A program made the translations under genes and the position numbers. Of a DNA stretch of 64,000 bases, positions 52,916-64,000 are shown in pieces. The notes under the pieces are model-generated. The model was given only the letters and a program-made list of their open reading frames with translations, did no database searches and was not told the origin of the DNA. Source of the stretch: Octopus bimaculoides (lineage: Eukaryota). Each line of letters starts with the position of its first letter. The first letter of the stretch is position 1. Location of the stretch: NCBI RefSeq assembly GCF_001194135.2, contig NC_068990.1:1794108-1858107 (forward strand), written 5' to 3'.

Positions 52916-53036
52916 ATTTCTTTCTGTTGCATAAGTGTCCTATATATATATATATATATACATACATACATATATATGTATACACACACACATTGATACA
53001 TACATATATATATATATATATATCTATGTATATGTA

Positions 53037-53071
<35 letters not shown>

Positions 53072-53675
53072 NNNNNNNNNNNNNNNNNNNNNNNNNNNNN
53101 NNNNNNNNNNNNNNNNNNNNNNNNNNNNNNATATATATACACTAGCAGCTAAACCTGGTTTCATCCGGCCTGTTTGGATAATGTGGCTATGATCCTTTTT
53201 GGTTCGGCATAATCTATAACACCATTTCTCAACCTTATCATTTCGGGTCCCATGTTTCGATTAGAGCTTCTAGCTGTTTGAAGATGTCATCAAACCCCTG
53301 TCAGAAAATGGCTTCAGGAGTTATGAAGAAAGAATTGGTATGTAGTCTGTTTCTGAGAGCTATTCTATTGGACATCTGTCTAATCATTAAAACATTTATT
53401 TAATTATGAACATAGAAGGAAATTATACATTAATCCCAATTTTTGTAAGCAGCTGTATCTGTAAAAATGTTATTTGCAGAGAGCAGAAATTGAAAGATAT
53501 ATGAAATGGACGTGCGTGTGTGTGTGTGTGTATTTGTGTGTGCATGTGCGTGTGTGTATATGAGAAAGAAAGAGGGTGTGAAAAAGAGATAAAGTGAGTG
53601 AGTGAAGTTGTGTGTCATTGACTTACGTTGGTTGGTACGGCAAGTACGAAGATTTTGAGGCAGCAGACGACTAGA

Positions 53676-54395
53676 TATTTTAGATATTTGAACCTATACT
53701 TCAGATATTTTAGATATTCTAGCCTATATTTTAGATATTTTAGACTATACAAATAGATATTTTAAACTAGAGTTTCGATATATGAGCTTATAGTTCAGAT
53801 ATTTAGCCTATAGTTTAGATAACGTCGCCTATACCTTAGATGTTTTAGCCTATAGTTTCTATATTTTAGGCTATAATTTAGTTATTTTTGCCTACATTTT
53901 AGATATTTTAGCCTATAGTTTCGATATTGAGCCTATAGTCTAGATATTTAGCCTACACGTCAGATATTTTACCCTATAGTTTCGATATTTGAACCTATAG
54001 TTTAGTTATTTCAGCCTATACTTTAGATAATTTAGCCTATATTTTCGATATTTGAGCCTATAGTTTAGTTGTTTTTGCCTATACTTTAGATATTTTTAGC
54101 CTAGAGTTTCGATATTTGAGCCAATAGTTCAGATATTTATCCTATACTTTATATATTTTAGCCTATAGTTTCGATATGTCAGCCTATAGTTTAGTTATTG
54201 TACCCTATACATTAGATATTTTAGCCTATACTCCCTATATTTTAGCCTATACTCCCGATATTTTAGCCTGTATTTTAGTTATTTTCGCCTATACGTTAGA
54301 TATCTGAAGCCTATAGTTTAGTCATTCTAGCCTATATTTATATTTTAGCCTATACTTTCGATATTTCAGCCTGATATATATGGTTATATTTTAGA
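53676..54395. repeat. ~21-bp AT-rich minisatellite array
   Basis: Consensus AGCCTATAGTTTAGATATTTT repeated over ~720 bp (roughly 33 units). Confidence 0.95.
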
Positions 54396-55290
54396 TTTTC
54401 CAGGAGGTAATTAGTCCCCCTCCTCCCCTTTCTCGGAACTTTCCAGGAAGTAATTAATCTTCCTCCTCCCCTTCTTCAGAACTTCTCAGGAAGTAGGTAA
54501 TCCCATCTCCTCCCCTTCCTGTGAACTTTCCAGGAAGTAATTCAACCCTCCTCCCCTTCTACAGAACTTTCCAAGAAGTAATTAATCCCCTTCCTCCCTT
54601 TCCTTGGAACTTTGATGGAAGTTATTCAACACCCTCCTCCTCTTTCTCGGAACTTTCCAGAAAGTAATCAATCCCCCTTCTCCTCTTCGACGAAACTTTC
54701 CAGGAATGAATTAATCCCCCTCCTCCCCATCTCCCTTCCTCTGAACTTTCCAGGAAGTAATAAATCCCCCTTCCTCGGAACTTTCCAGGAAGTAATTAAT
54801 ACCCATTCCTCCCATTTCTCGGAACCTTCCAGGAAATAATTCAACACCCTCCTCCCCTTCCTCAGATTATTCCAGGAATTAGTTAATGCCCCTCCTCCCC
54901 TTCCTCGGAACTTCCCAGGAAGCAATTCAACCCCTCCTTCCCTCCTCGGAACTTCGCAGTAAGTAATTAATCCTCCACTTCCCCTTCCTCGGAACTTTCC
55001 AGGAAGTATTTAATCCACCTCCCCCTTTTTCGCAACTTACCAGGAAGTAATTAATCCTCCTCCTCACTTTCCTCCTCTTCCTCGGAGCTTTCCAGGAAGT
55101 AATTAATACCCCTCCTTCCCTTCCTTGTAACTTTCCAGGAAGTAATTCCTCCCCCTCCTCGGGTCTTTCCAGGAAATAATTCTTCCCATTCCTCCCCTCC
55201 TTAAAACACTCCTCGGAATTTACAGGAATTTATTCCTCCCCTCATCGGAACTTTTCAGGAAGTAATTCTTCCCCATCCTCGGAAATTTCC
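54396..55290. repeat. ~40-bp C-rich minisatellite array
   Basis: Consensus TTCCAGGAAGTAATTAATCCCCCTCCTCCCCTTCCTCGGAACT, a little over 20 units, shortening to ~32 bp after 55140. Confidence 0.95.
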
Positions 55291-56432
55291 ATTGCAGCTA
55301 TATCTCCCTGAAAATATCATACTGTATTAATGCGACAATTCTACGTATTACATAGTTTGAATGAGAAACTGGTTGTGTTAATGGCAGAAGAAAGGGGAAT
55401 TGCATAGGAAAAGGTTTTAATCGCTATTCTCGGTAAGTATGGTGGCTAGGAAAAATAGAAGAGGCATTAAGAAGTTGATGTTAAGAACTGCTTTAACAGA
55501 AAATGAAGCTGTAAGAATTAGCGGGGAATTTGTATATAAGAATTAATAGCAGATGTATCCAATTTAAAAAAATGAAGATAAAAGCTAAGTGAAGAAGTAT
55601 GGAATAAGTAATTGTTATACGCTTATAGAAAAACAATTTATATTATAGAAGAGATACATACCTGTTGAAGACGAAAATGTATGTAAGAGCTATTGTGTTG
55701 GACGTGTGTATAAACATAGAGAAAGTGAAAGACATATGAAATGGACGTGTGTGTGTGTGTTTTTGCGGATAATTTGGCAGGAGTTTTGCAGTCAGCAGGA
55801 GGTGGTTTGTGTTTTATCTCTATCACTGGCTGGACAGGTGAAAATATTTTTTTAATCTGTTTTGTGGAAAGGGGATCCTTTGAAGTGGGCGTCAAATGAA
55901 AAGAGACATGAACAGTTTTATGACGGAACTTCTTTTGAAGTTGGTGTGAGACGGAATAATTGATGTGCGTGCATATGCCTGTATGTGTATGTGTGTGTGT
56001 TTGATGGGGTGTGCGAGACAGAGAGAGCAATGTTGATGGTGTGTGTGTATATGAGAGAGAGAGAGAGAAAGACAGAAAAAGACTGAGAGATAACTGAAAT
56101 TTTTTATTCAGTTTTTGAAGTGGATGAATGTGTGAGTGATTGACAGAGAAAAACCGAGAGAGAAAGAGAGAGAGAGAGTGGTTATGTATGTATGTATGTA
56201 TGTATGACTAGCTTCAGTGATACACACTCACATACACGCACGCACACAGGTTGCTTTAATCGATTTTCTCGGTAACTTTTGGGGCTAGGAAATAATACAA
56301 AGCGCGTTCCAATCTATGCACCCATCTCCATATGTGTGCCATTTTTCATGCGAATCTACTCAGCCATTTGGCCGTGAACCTCGAGACAAGAAAGAATACA
56401 ACGGTCGGCCAACTTCAATTTATATTATAGAT

Positions 56433-56640
56433 AAGTGTGTGTGTCTTTGAGTTTGTGTTTGTCTTCCACCACCACTTGACAACCAGTATTGGTGTGTTGT
56501 TTATGTCTCTGCAACCAAGCAGTTTGGCAAAAAGAGACTGATAGAAAAAATACCAGGCATGAAAATAAAAGTAAGTACTTAGGTCATTTTGTTTCAGCAT
56601 GGCCAAAGTCTTGTGATTGAAACAAGCAAAAGATTAAAGA
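56433..56640 (+). mobile_element. SINE family A 3' half
   Basis: (TG)n, GTTTGTCTTCCACCACCACTTGACAACCAG...GGCAAAAAGAGACTGATAG...CAGCATGGCC...GAAACAAGCAAAAG. Confidence 0.75.
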
Positions 56641-57082
56641 TAAATTATGACCAATAATTGAATTGAGGGAAACATAGATGATTAAATTTAATCAACTTGA
56701 TGTGTACATGTATGATTTTAATTCATTGATCCTGGATAAATGAAGGTAAAAATAGAGCATACATGTGACTTTTTCTGTTTCTTTTCTTTTTTTGCGCATA
56801 CAGACACATATGGCTGCAGCTTATGTATATTTTGAAGGAGTTTAAGGTGAGGGAACTAGCATTAGATACCTGCTCTATAGAAGTAGCTTTAGTCTGTTGC
56901 AGGGTTGAAAACGAGTACCAGTGCTGCTGGAGTAGTGTGAAATGAAGTGTCTTGTTCAAAGACACACTCTGCCACTTGATCCAAGAATCAAATCCATGAC
57001 CTTATCATCATAATCTGAATGCCTTAATCCTTAAACCATGTGCTGTCACAAAAACAGATGCTCAACAGCAGTGAAATAAACG

Positions 57083-57138
<56 letters not shown>

Positions 57139-58139
57139 GTATATGTATATATATATATATGTGTGTGTGTTTTGCTGCTATAGAAAGTAGTAAACTCAAA
57201 TCTTTATCCCTATTTGCTTTTTGCTGGCCTCATTGGAACCCTTTTTTCTCTGGTAACAGGAGGTGGGATTTGAAATCAGATCTTGCCCAATTCCAGTACA
57301 GAAACTGCAATGGTTCCCATTCAATGTTCTAACAATTTTGACGATCCACACCTCTGAAAGGTTACTCCATTTATCCAGTCCGAAAGGATAAAAGACAAAG
57401 TTGACGTCAGTGAAATTTGAATTCAGAGGGCAGATCCAGAACAGATATTACAAGACATCCTATCCAGTGCTCTAATGAGTTGGATTATTCACTATCTTAA
57501 ATACTGTAAAGATATTTGTTTAGCATTCAACCATTCTTCCTCACCAACTCTTCTTTTGCTATAAAATATTACTGTGTTGTTGTTGTTGTTGTTGTTGTGT
57601 AGCCTCAGGTTACACAGATTCAGACAGTAAATTACTTACTCATTACTTTAATGAATATAGTTCATTGAAAAACAGATGCTAATTATTGATACTCTGATAA
57701 TGGATGCGCTCTTCATTACTTGAACAGTAGCAGGTTAGATTAACCCCATACATGCTTCATTGCTGACTCATTCCACAATGACAAATGTTTTGGGAGGGAA
57801 GCAGGGGAATTAGGGACCATATGGTTCACAACTGTAAACATTATAGTTTATTGGTCTACAGTGTTCAGTGAAATTCTTCAAGTATACTTTTTCTTTTGCT
57901 ATATTTTTGTCTTAGTCATTAGAATGTGGCAATGCTGGGGCACCACCTTTCAGTAGATTGCATCAACCTGACACAGTAGGTTGACTTATACACCAAGATG
58001 ACTTTGGAGGATTAAAATTTCCATGTGAAATGCAGCAGATAGTGATGGTGTTTGAATGCTTATCCTACATATTTACACTATATGTTATGTCAACTTGTAT
58101 GCTGGAAAATATGGTATGTTTAAGTCCCATACTTATTGA

Positions 58140-58370
58140 AACATAAAGTCACATGACCTAGTTGGTTAGGGTTTCACACACATGATCGTAAGATTGTAGT
58201 TTTTGATTCCTGGATTGGATGATGTAGTGTGTTCATGACCAAAACACTTCATTTCATGTTGCTCCAGTCCATTTAGCTGGCAAAAATGAATAAGCTTGTG
58301 AGAGACTAGCATCCCATCCAGGTGGAGAATATATATACCATAGAACCTTGGAAACCAGCCTATGGTACAG
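58140..58370 (+). mobile_element. SINE family D
   Basis: AGTTGGTTAGGGTTTCACAC...CACTTCATTTCATGTTGCTCCAGTCCATTTAGCTGGCAAAAATG...CTAGCATCCCATCCAGG. Confidence 0.7.
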
Positions 58371-58934
58371 GAACTGTGATCAATTGTTTTAGCTTATTTA
58401 AGAAACCTCTGTTTGTGTCACTGCTAAGCGAAATATCGATACAGACATTCTTTTTTCAAGCAGTGTCATTGTAAAGGCAGGCGCAGAGACATGCATGTTT
58501 GTTTGTTTTTTCTGCACACAGAAAAAAACAAAACAAAGAACAAAAAAACAGGAATCTGTTTTGTGTTCATTGCTTGTCATCCTATTCAAGAAAATACTTT
58601 TATTTCTAGTCTGGTCAAAGCCACATGAAATAGTAATGAATGTTTGCCATATGATAAATCTTAAGAAGGTTGAGAAAATTAAAAAGATGCAAAGAGTAGC
58701 TAGCCTAGCTACTATAGTAGGTCACAGTTTGGAAACCCTCCTTCTGCTATAAACAAATAACAACTGGATAAGAAGGAAAGTAATAAATCAATAGCCATCT
58801 CGCATTTCTGCATCTGTTTTAAGACAAACTTAACTTTCGAATTAAGAACTGATCTTATTGCATGGCTTAAATTAATAAATGTGATTTGGTTATTGGTGCT
58901 GTAGGAGAAAGAACATGAGAAGGAACATGATGGG

Positions 58935-59170
58935 AATGATGGTAGGATGGTGGTAGGACGGTGGTGGTGGTAGTGGTGGGATGGTGGTGGTAGTGGGGAC
59001 AACGATGATGGCAGTGATAAAAAAGAAAAGATGGAAGAGGAGGAGAGTAGTAGTAGTAGTTGTAGGAGGAAGTCGGAGAGGAGAAGAAGAAAAAGAAGAG
59101 AGAAGTAGTAGGAAGAGGAGAAGGAGGAGGAGGAGGAGAAGAAGAAAAAGAAGAAGAAGAAGAAGAAATA
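58935..59170. repeat. Compound purine-rich trinucleotide tract (GGT/AGT/GGA/GAA)n
   Basis: Directly visible low-complexity run. Confidence 0.9.
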
Positions 59171-59544
59171 GGACATGGTGTCAGTAGAAGTGAGAAAGTG
59201 CCATTTGCACAAAGTGAGGGGGAAGGAAAAGTACATATCTTCAAAAGGCAAGCAAAAATAATTACTATTTGCTATAACAATGATTTGATTTAGTCATGCA
59301 TTTTCTTGTAGCTTTAGATGTTCAATGATGTGAGTGTTAATTTTTCGAATAACATTGTAGGATAAGTGTGACATGCTAGACCTGGCCAGTTTGAACATAA
59401 AACAAATAGCATATTTTGGCTAGATAAAGCTAGTTTAAATGCTAAAGGGTCAAACATGGAGTTGTTACTGCTGGAATATGCCTTTGATCACAGATTTGTT
59501 CAGTTGTAGCTGATCAGGAATTGAAAAAAGATGACAACAATAAC

Positions 59545-59770
59545 AACAAGAGCACTCAGAGAGCACAAACCTCTGCCAAGGCAACACCAACGTCACCTCA
59601 ACGATTAGCCAGAGATGATTTCCAAAATGGAAATATCTGCAATAAATTCGACTGCTCCCACAAACGAGAATACTAAAAATGAACCTGACCGCTCTCAAAA
59701 ATTAAGTAAAAAAAGCAGGAAAAATAATCCAGAATCCTTGTCCGGTAGTGGATTGATCCCAAAATCTAAT
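59545..59770 (+). mobile_element. HINE/DINE-like element, 3'-truncated copy
   Basis: Homologous to 50567-50736 plus 51206-51235 without the intervening insert. Confidence 0.6.
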
Positions 59771-59919
59771 CTAGTTGCTAGGATATGGGGTTTATGACCA
59801 TAAGTTCTTGAGTTCAATTTCTAGACTGGGTTACATGTAATGTCCTTGAACAAAGCAGTTTATTTCATGTAGCATTAGTGTAATCAGCAGTAAATATATT
59901 CCAGCCAAGTGTTCAGGCT

Positions 59920-59973
<54 letters not shown>

Positions 59974-60319
59974 ACATCATCAATGCTTAGTTGGGTTAAG
60001 AGTGGGGTTTCCATGGAGTTACTAAGGAGTTGTCTTTGTCTACATTTGACTATACACGCATTTAAAACAAGTAGCAAAAGTGTGCTACATGCTACCAAGT
60101 CATATCTGCTATGATTGGTTGGCTAACAACTACAAATAATTCAGGGTGGGAATAGGTAAGCATCTAAATACATTTTGATAAATACATCATGGCTGAATGG
60201 ATGAACAAGTTTCTTTCACAATCGTAATGGACAAATGTCATTTATCATAGCCTCTGGTTGACCTGGGCATTGTGAGTTAAATTAGGTTCACACACACATG
60301 CACACACACACATATATAA

Positions 60320-60700
60320 TCATCATCATCATTTAGCATCATCATCATTATCATCATTTAGCACCCATTTTCCAAGCTGACATGAGTTAGACAGTTTGAT
60401 TGGGACTGGTAAGCTAGAGAGCTGTACCAGGCTGCAGGCTCACTTGGCTTGGTTTCTACAGCTGGATGCCCTTCCTAATGCCAACCATCCCAAGAGTGTA
60501 GTGGGTGCCTTTTATGTGTCACTGATGCAAGTGCCTTTTACATGTCACCAACACTGGCTACAATGACAATTTAACTTGGCTTGACATGCCTTCTCAAGCA
60601 CAGCAAATCCCCAACGGTCTTGATCACGTGTCATCGCCACTGTGAGACCCAACATCCGAAGATCAAGCTTCACCACCTTCATCCCATGTCTTCCACATGT
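60320..60700 (-). mobile_element. SINE family C
   Basis: (CAT)n tail, CTACAGCTGGATGCCCTTCCTAATGCCAACC core. Confidence 0.75.
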
Positions 60701-61124
60701 TCCCTCCACAGTTAGAGACCAGCACCTCTTTATTCCTATAATACAATATAATAGTATGTAACATAATATAAATATAAAGCTGGTGCAAAGCCTGTGAAAG
60801 TGATATTACTGGTGCAAAGCCCAGGAAGCCACAAGGTAATGAAAGAAAGAAAACAAAGTTGCAAGCACATGCAATATGCATACACTCCTCCTTATACAAA
60901 CATCTCTCTTTGTATGTATGTATGCATATATCTATCTAACTCCTTCTGTCCATCTTTCTTTCTTTCTTTTTTCTATCTTCCTTCTTTCTTTTCTTTCTTT
61001 TTTCTCTCTTCCTTCTTTCTTTCCTTTCTCCCTCCTTCTGTATATGCAAAACTGATGTACACGAAGTGCTAGAAATAGTGCTTTGTTCCTGTTGGGTAGT
61101 AATGTTATTTTAATAATATTTATG

Positions 61125-61290
61125 TTTCTTTTGCCTGTCTTTACGTTCTGAGTTCAAATTCTGCTGAGATCAACTTTGCATTTCATCCTTTTGGGGTCGA
61201 TAAATTAAGTACCAGTTGTGTACTAGGGTCAATCTAATCGACTGGCCCCCTCCCACAAAATTTTGTGCCTTGTGCCTTGAGTAGAAAAGA
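61125..61290 (+). mobile_element. SINE family B
   Basis: CTTTACGTTCTGAGTTCAAATTCTGCTGAGATC...GTACCAGTTGTGTACTAGGGTCAATCTAATCGACTGGCCCCC...GAGTAGAAAAGA. Confidence 0.8.
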
Positions 61291-61324
61291 ATATTTATAT
61301 TTCTTGTATATATGTATATGTAAT

Positions 61325-61927
61325 AATAAATCTCTGAGCGAGGTATAAACAGTAGCTGCATGACATCGTGACGTATATTTGCCACTTAAATGTGGCTAAC
61401 CCTTAAGGGTGGATGCTACTGTAGTTTGCAGGTCCAGGAAGACATCTCCTCTAGCTGGCTATTGACACACTTTCTGTGCCCTATCAGTATTTGCAAAGGG
61501 AAGTCATCCTTCCCATCTTCAACCTGACGTGAAACACATGCACCGAAGTTTCTGGGTATTGACCTGTCATCAGCGTGTGGTTGTTGATGTGGAGTGGTTC
61601 CCAATGCAAATATATATATATATATATCCTTTTTCTAGTGATGAAAAGTCACTGATCTTGAAAAAGTGGAAACAAGCAATAATAAATCTCTGAGCAAGGT
61701 ATAAAAATTAGCTGCATGACATCGTGAAGTATATTTGCCACCTAAATGTGGCTAACCCTTAAGGGTTGATGCTACTGTTGCATGTAGCCCCAGGAAGATA
61801 AATACTGATAGGGCACAGAAAGTGTGCCGATAGCCAGCTGGAAGGGATGTCTTCCTGCGGCTACAAGCTACAGTAGCATCCACCCTTAAGGGTTAGCCAC
61901 ATTTAGGTGGAAAATATACTTCACGAT
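61325..61927. mobile_element. Rearranged repeat (direct plus inverted copies) with hammerhead-like motif; probable Penelope-like terminal repeats
   Basis: Block A at 61325-61440, 61681-61798 and inverted (partial) 61852-61927; block B at 61438-61492 and inverted 61800-61856; minus-strand CTGATGA...GAAAC-TTCG-GT motif at 61535-61579. Confidence 0.6.
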
Positions 61928-62514
61928 TATATATATGTAGATATAGTTATAGATAGATACATATACACACACGTATGTATGTATACAGATACACACACGT
62001 ATACATATACACACACGTATGTATGTATACAGATAAATAGATACATATACTTACATGTCAATAGATATACAGTAATTTCCAGAATCTAATTAAAATCATT
62101 TTCGTTGACTCTTTAAGCCTTTACCAATTATATTTCATATCAAATTTTAATCATTTGAAAATAAGATTCATAAACAATTCTCCAAGATTTTCAGGCCAAG
62201 CTAAAAATGCGAAATTGATGTGTTTGACTTTCATCACATATTTCGTTTGCTTGTGACTGAGAGGAAAATGTAGGTTGAGAGGGAATTTGAAATACCATCT
62301 CATATATGGTTACAAGAAAGCCTTATTAAGTATTCTCCTGTAACTAATTAATTGAACATAAGTGAAACAAAATCCTAGTGAGATATCATCACACTCATTA
62401 ATATTTCCTCATTTCGATATCCTATTTCTAGCAGTTTTGGCAATAATGATTGAAATTTAATTTTTTTTTTATATTTTGTTATTCTTTTATTGTTTACCAT
62501 TTAGATTGTTTCTA

Positions 62515-62545
<31 letters not shown>

Positions 62546-62652
62546 CATTGAGCATTGCAGCCAATGGAATCAACTAACTCCCACCTTTAAAACTGCTGAC
62601 CTTCAGCCAAAATTTGAAACCATCATCATCATTATTATTATTATTATTATTA

Positions 62653-62701
<49 letters not shown>

Positions 62702-62719
62702 CATCATCATTATTATTAT

Positions 62720-63240
62720 TGAGTGAGAGAGCAGTGCACACCATCAAAGTGACACTGAGGGACACGAAGCTCGTCATACCCATCATGTCTACTTGTCTGA
62801 TGAAGGTACACCAGACACATGTATCGCAACCATATGTGTGCAACATGGTGATCTCATATCAAAAATAAACACCGTATGACCTTGTAGTTGGGACCCAGTT
62901 AGGATTTTCTTCAGGTTGAGTAGCCCATTCCACTCAAAAGATCCCGGAATAAGGGTTGTTTAATGATGCTGAACAAAACAACCAAGTTTCCATAGGTGAA
63001 TTATTCAAATACCAAAGGATTCCTCTCAACACATTGCTATGGTGCCTTCACCACTACTCCTGCTCATGATTGGAGATGCACATATTGTCAGCCACCAAGG
63101 GACATGCTCAGTTGGTTAAGGTCAAGCAACTGACAAGCAAATCTGTGGCATTGAGCAGAATACTTGCTGTCACCCATCTTTTATACCAAGACAATTTTTA
63201 CCCTGGTTTCACTTTCATGGCAAGCACTGGTCTCTCACAC
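62720..63240. mobile_element. Interspersed repeat embedded in TAA/TAT microsatellite
   Basis: Complex ~520-bp sequence bounded by (TAT)n on the left and (AAT)n on the right; resembles an abundant octopus repeat from recollection, class unknown. Confidence 0.4.
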
Positions 63241-63266
63241 AATAATAATAATAATAATAATAATAA

Positions 63267-63297
<31 letters not shown>

Positions 63298-63339
63298 AAG
63301 AAGAAGAAGGAGAAGAAGAATGATTTCAAATTTTGCTAC

Positions 63340-63520
63340 GAGGGCAGCCATTATGAGGAAGGGGATAAGTCAATTATTTCACTGGTACTTAATTTATTGA
63401 CCCCAAAAGGATGAAAGGTAAAGTCAATCTCAGCAGAATTGGAACTCAGAACATAGCGACAGGCGATATACCATTAAGCATTTCACCTGGCAGACTAACG
63501 ATTCTGCCAGCTCACCACCT
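63340..63520 (-). mobile_element. SINE family B
   Basis: GGTACTTAATTTATTGACCCCAAAAGGATGAAAGG...GAACTCAGAA...TAAGCATTTCACC...ACGATTCTGCCAGCTCACCACC. Confidence 0.8.
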
Positions 63521-63593
63521 TAATAATAATAATAATAATGATAATGATGATGATGATGATGATGATAATAATAATAATAATGATAATAATAAT

Positions 63594-64000
63594 AATACCA
63601 GTGAAATAGTCAAAATTAATAGAAAAATCCACAAGCTATTGACTTGTAATAAGATGCACCACCCAAAGGCAGACGTGGATCGTCTTTACCTTCCCAGAGC
63701 TCAGGGAGCTCGAGGCTTGATCCAGCTTGAACTTACGTACAAAACCACCACAATCGGACTGGCCAAATACCTTGAAACAACCAACGATTGGATGCTGAAA
63801 CTTGTTGAAAAACATGAAAGACCAAAAAAACTTCACTCTATTCTGAAAGAGAGCAAAAAATTCGCTACCGATCTCTTAGACACCCACCAGCTTGATCAGG
63901 TTGAAGGAAATGCGCCAACTGCTGCTGCAAAGAAAATAAAATTAATTGCAAAGACAAAAGCACATGAAAAATTAGCTAGCGGATGGGAACAGAAACCTCT
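63594..64000 (+). mobile_element. R4/Dong-clade non-LTR retrotransposon, 5'-truncated; open frame runs off the window
   Basis: NTSEIVKINRKIHKLLTCNKMHHPKADVDRLYLPRAQGARGLIQLELTYKTTTIGLAKYLETTNDWMLKLVEKHE...WEQKP with no stop; HHPKADVDRLYLPR..G.RGL is the post-RT motif of R4/Dong elements; starts straight after (AAT/GAT)n. Confidence 0.9.

Larger units (their letters stand above)
53142..56431 (-). mobile_element. Non-autonomous Helitron, apparently complete (3290 bp)
   Basis: Minus strand begins A|TCTATAATATAAATT (56431) and ends GCCGGATGAAACCAGG-TTTAGCTG-CTAG|T (53142): 5'-TC, 3'-CTAG, imperfect subterminal hairpin, A|T target, no TSD; separates the two halves of a SINE A copy. Confidence 0.7.

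Noticed and set aside
53676-55290. CRISPR-like or coding-repeat reading of the two arrays
   Set aside because: No unique spacers; unit lengths vary by non-multiples of three and ORFs are short.
1-64000. Most ORF-track entries (YI/CV/HT/N/L/S repeats, X runs)
   Set aside because: They are translations of microsatellites, N gaps or SINE consensus sequence, not genes.

Overview
AT-rich, repeat-dense animal genomic DNA with many N gaps, most flanked by (TA)n. The interspersed repeats resemble the octopus SINE families (recognised from memory, not by database search), so this is most likely an Octopus assembly, intergenic or deep intronic. No host protein-coding exon can be supported; nearly all ORF-track entries are translations of microsatellites, N gaps or SINEs. 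Recognisable content: four recurrent SINE families; Tc1/mariner, hAT and piggyBac-like MITEs; RTE and R4/Dong LINE fragments (including an open Dong frame running off the right edge); Penelope-like termini with degenerate hammerhead-ribozyme motifs; two convergent Helitron RepHel pseudogene fragments (33.7-35.3 kb); an apparently complete 3.3-kb non-autonomous Helitron (53142-56431, minus) carrying two minisatellite arrays and nested in a SINE; a 5S rRNA pseudogene abutting a SINE head; and a 3' 18S rRNA fragment.
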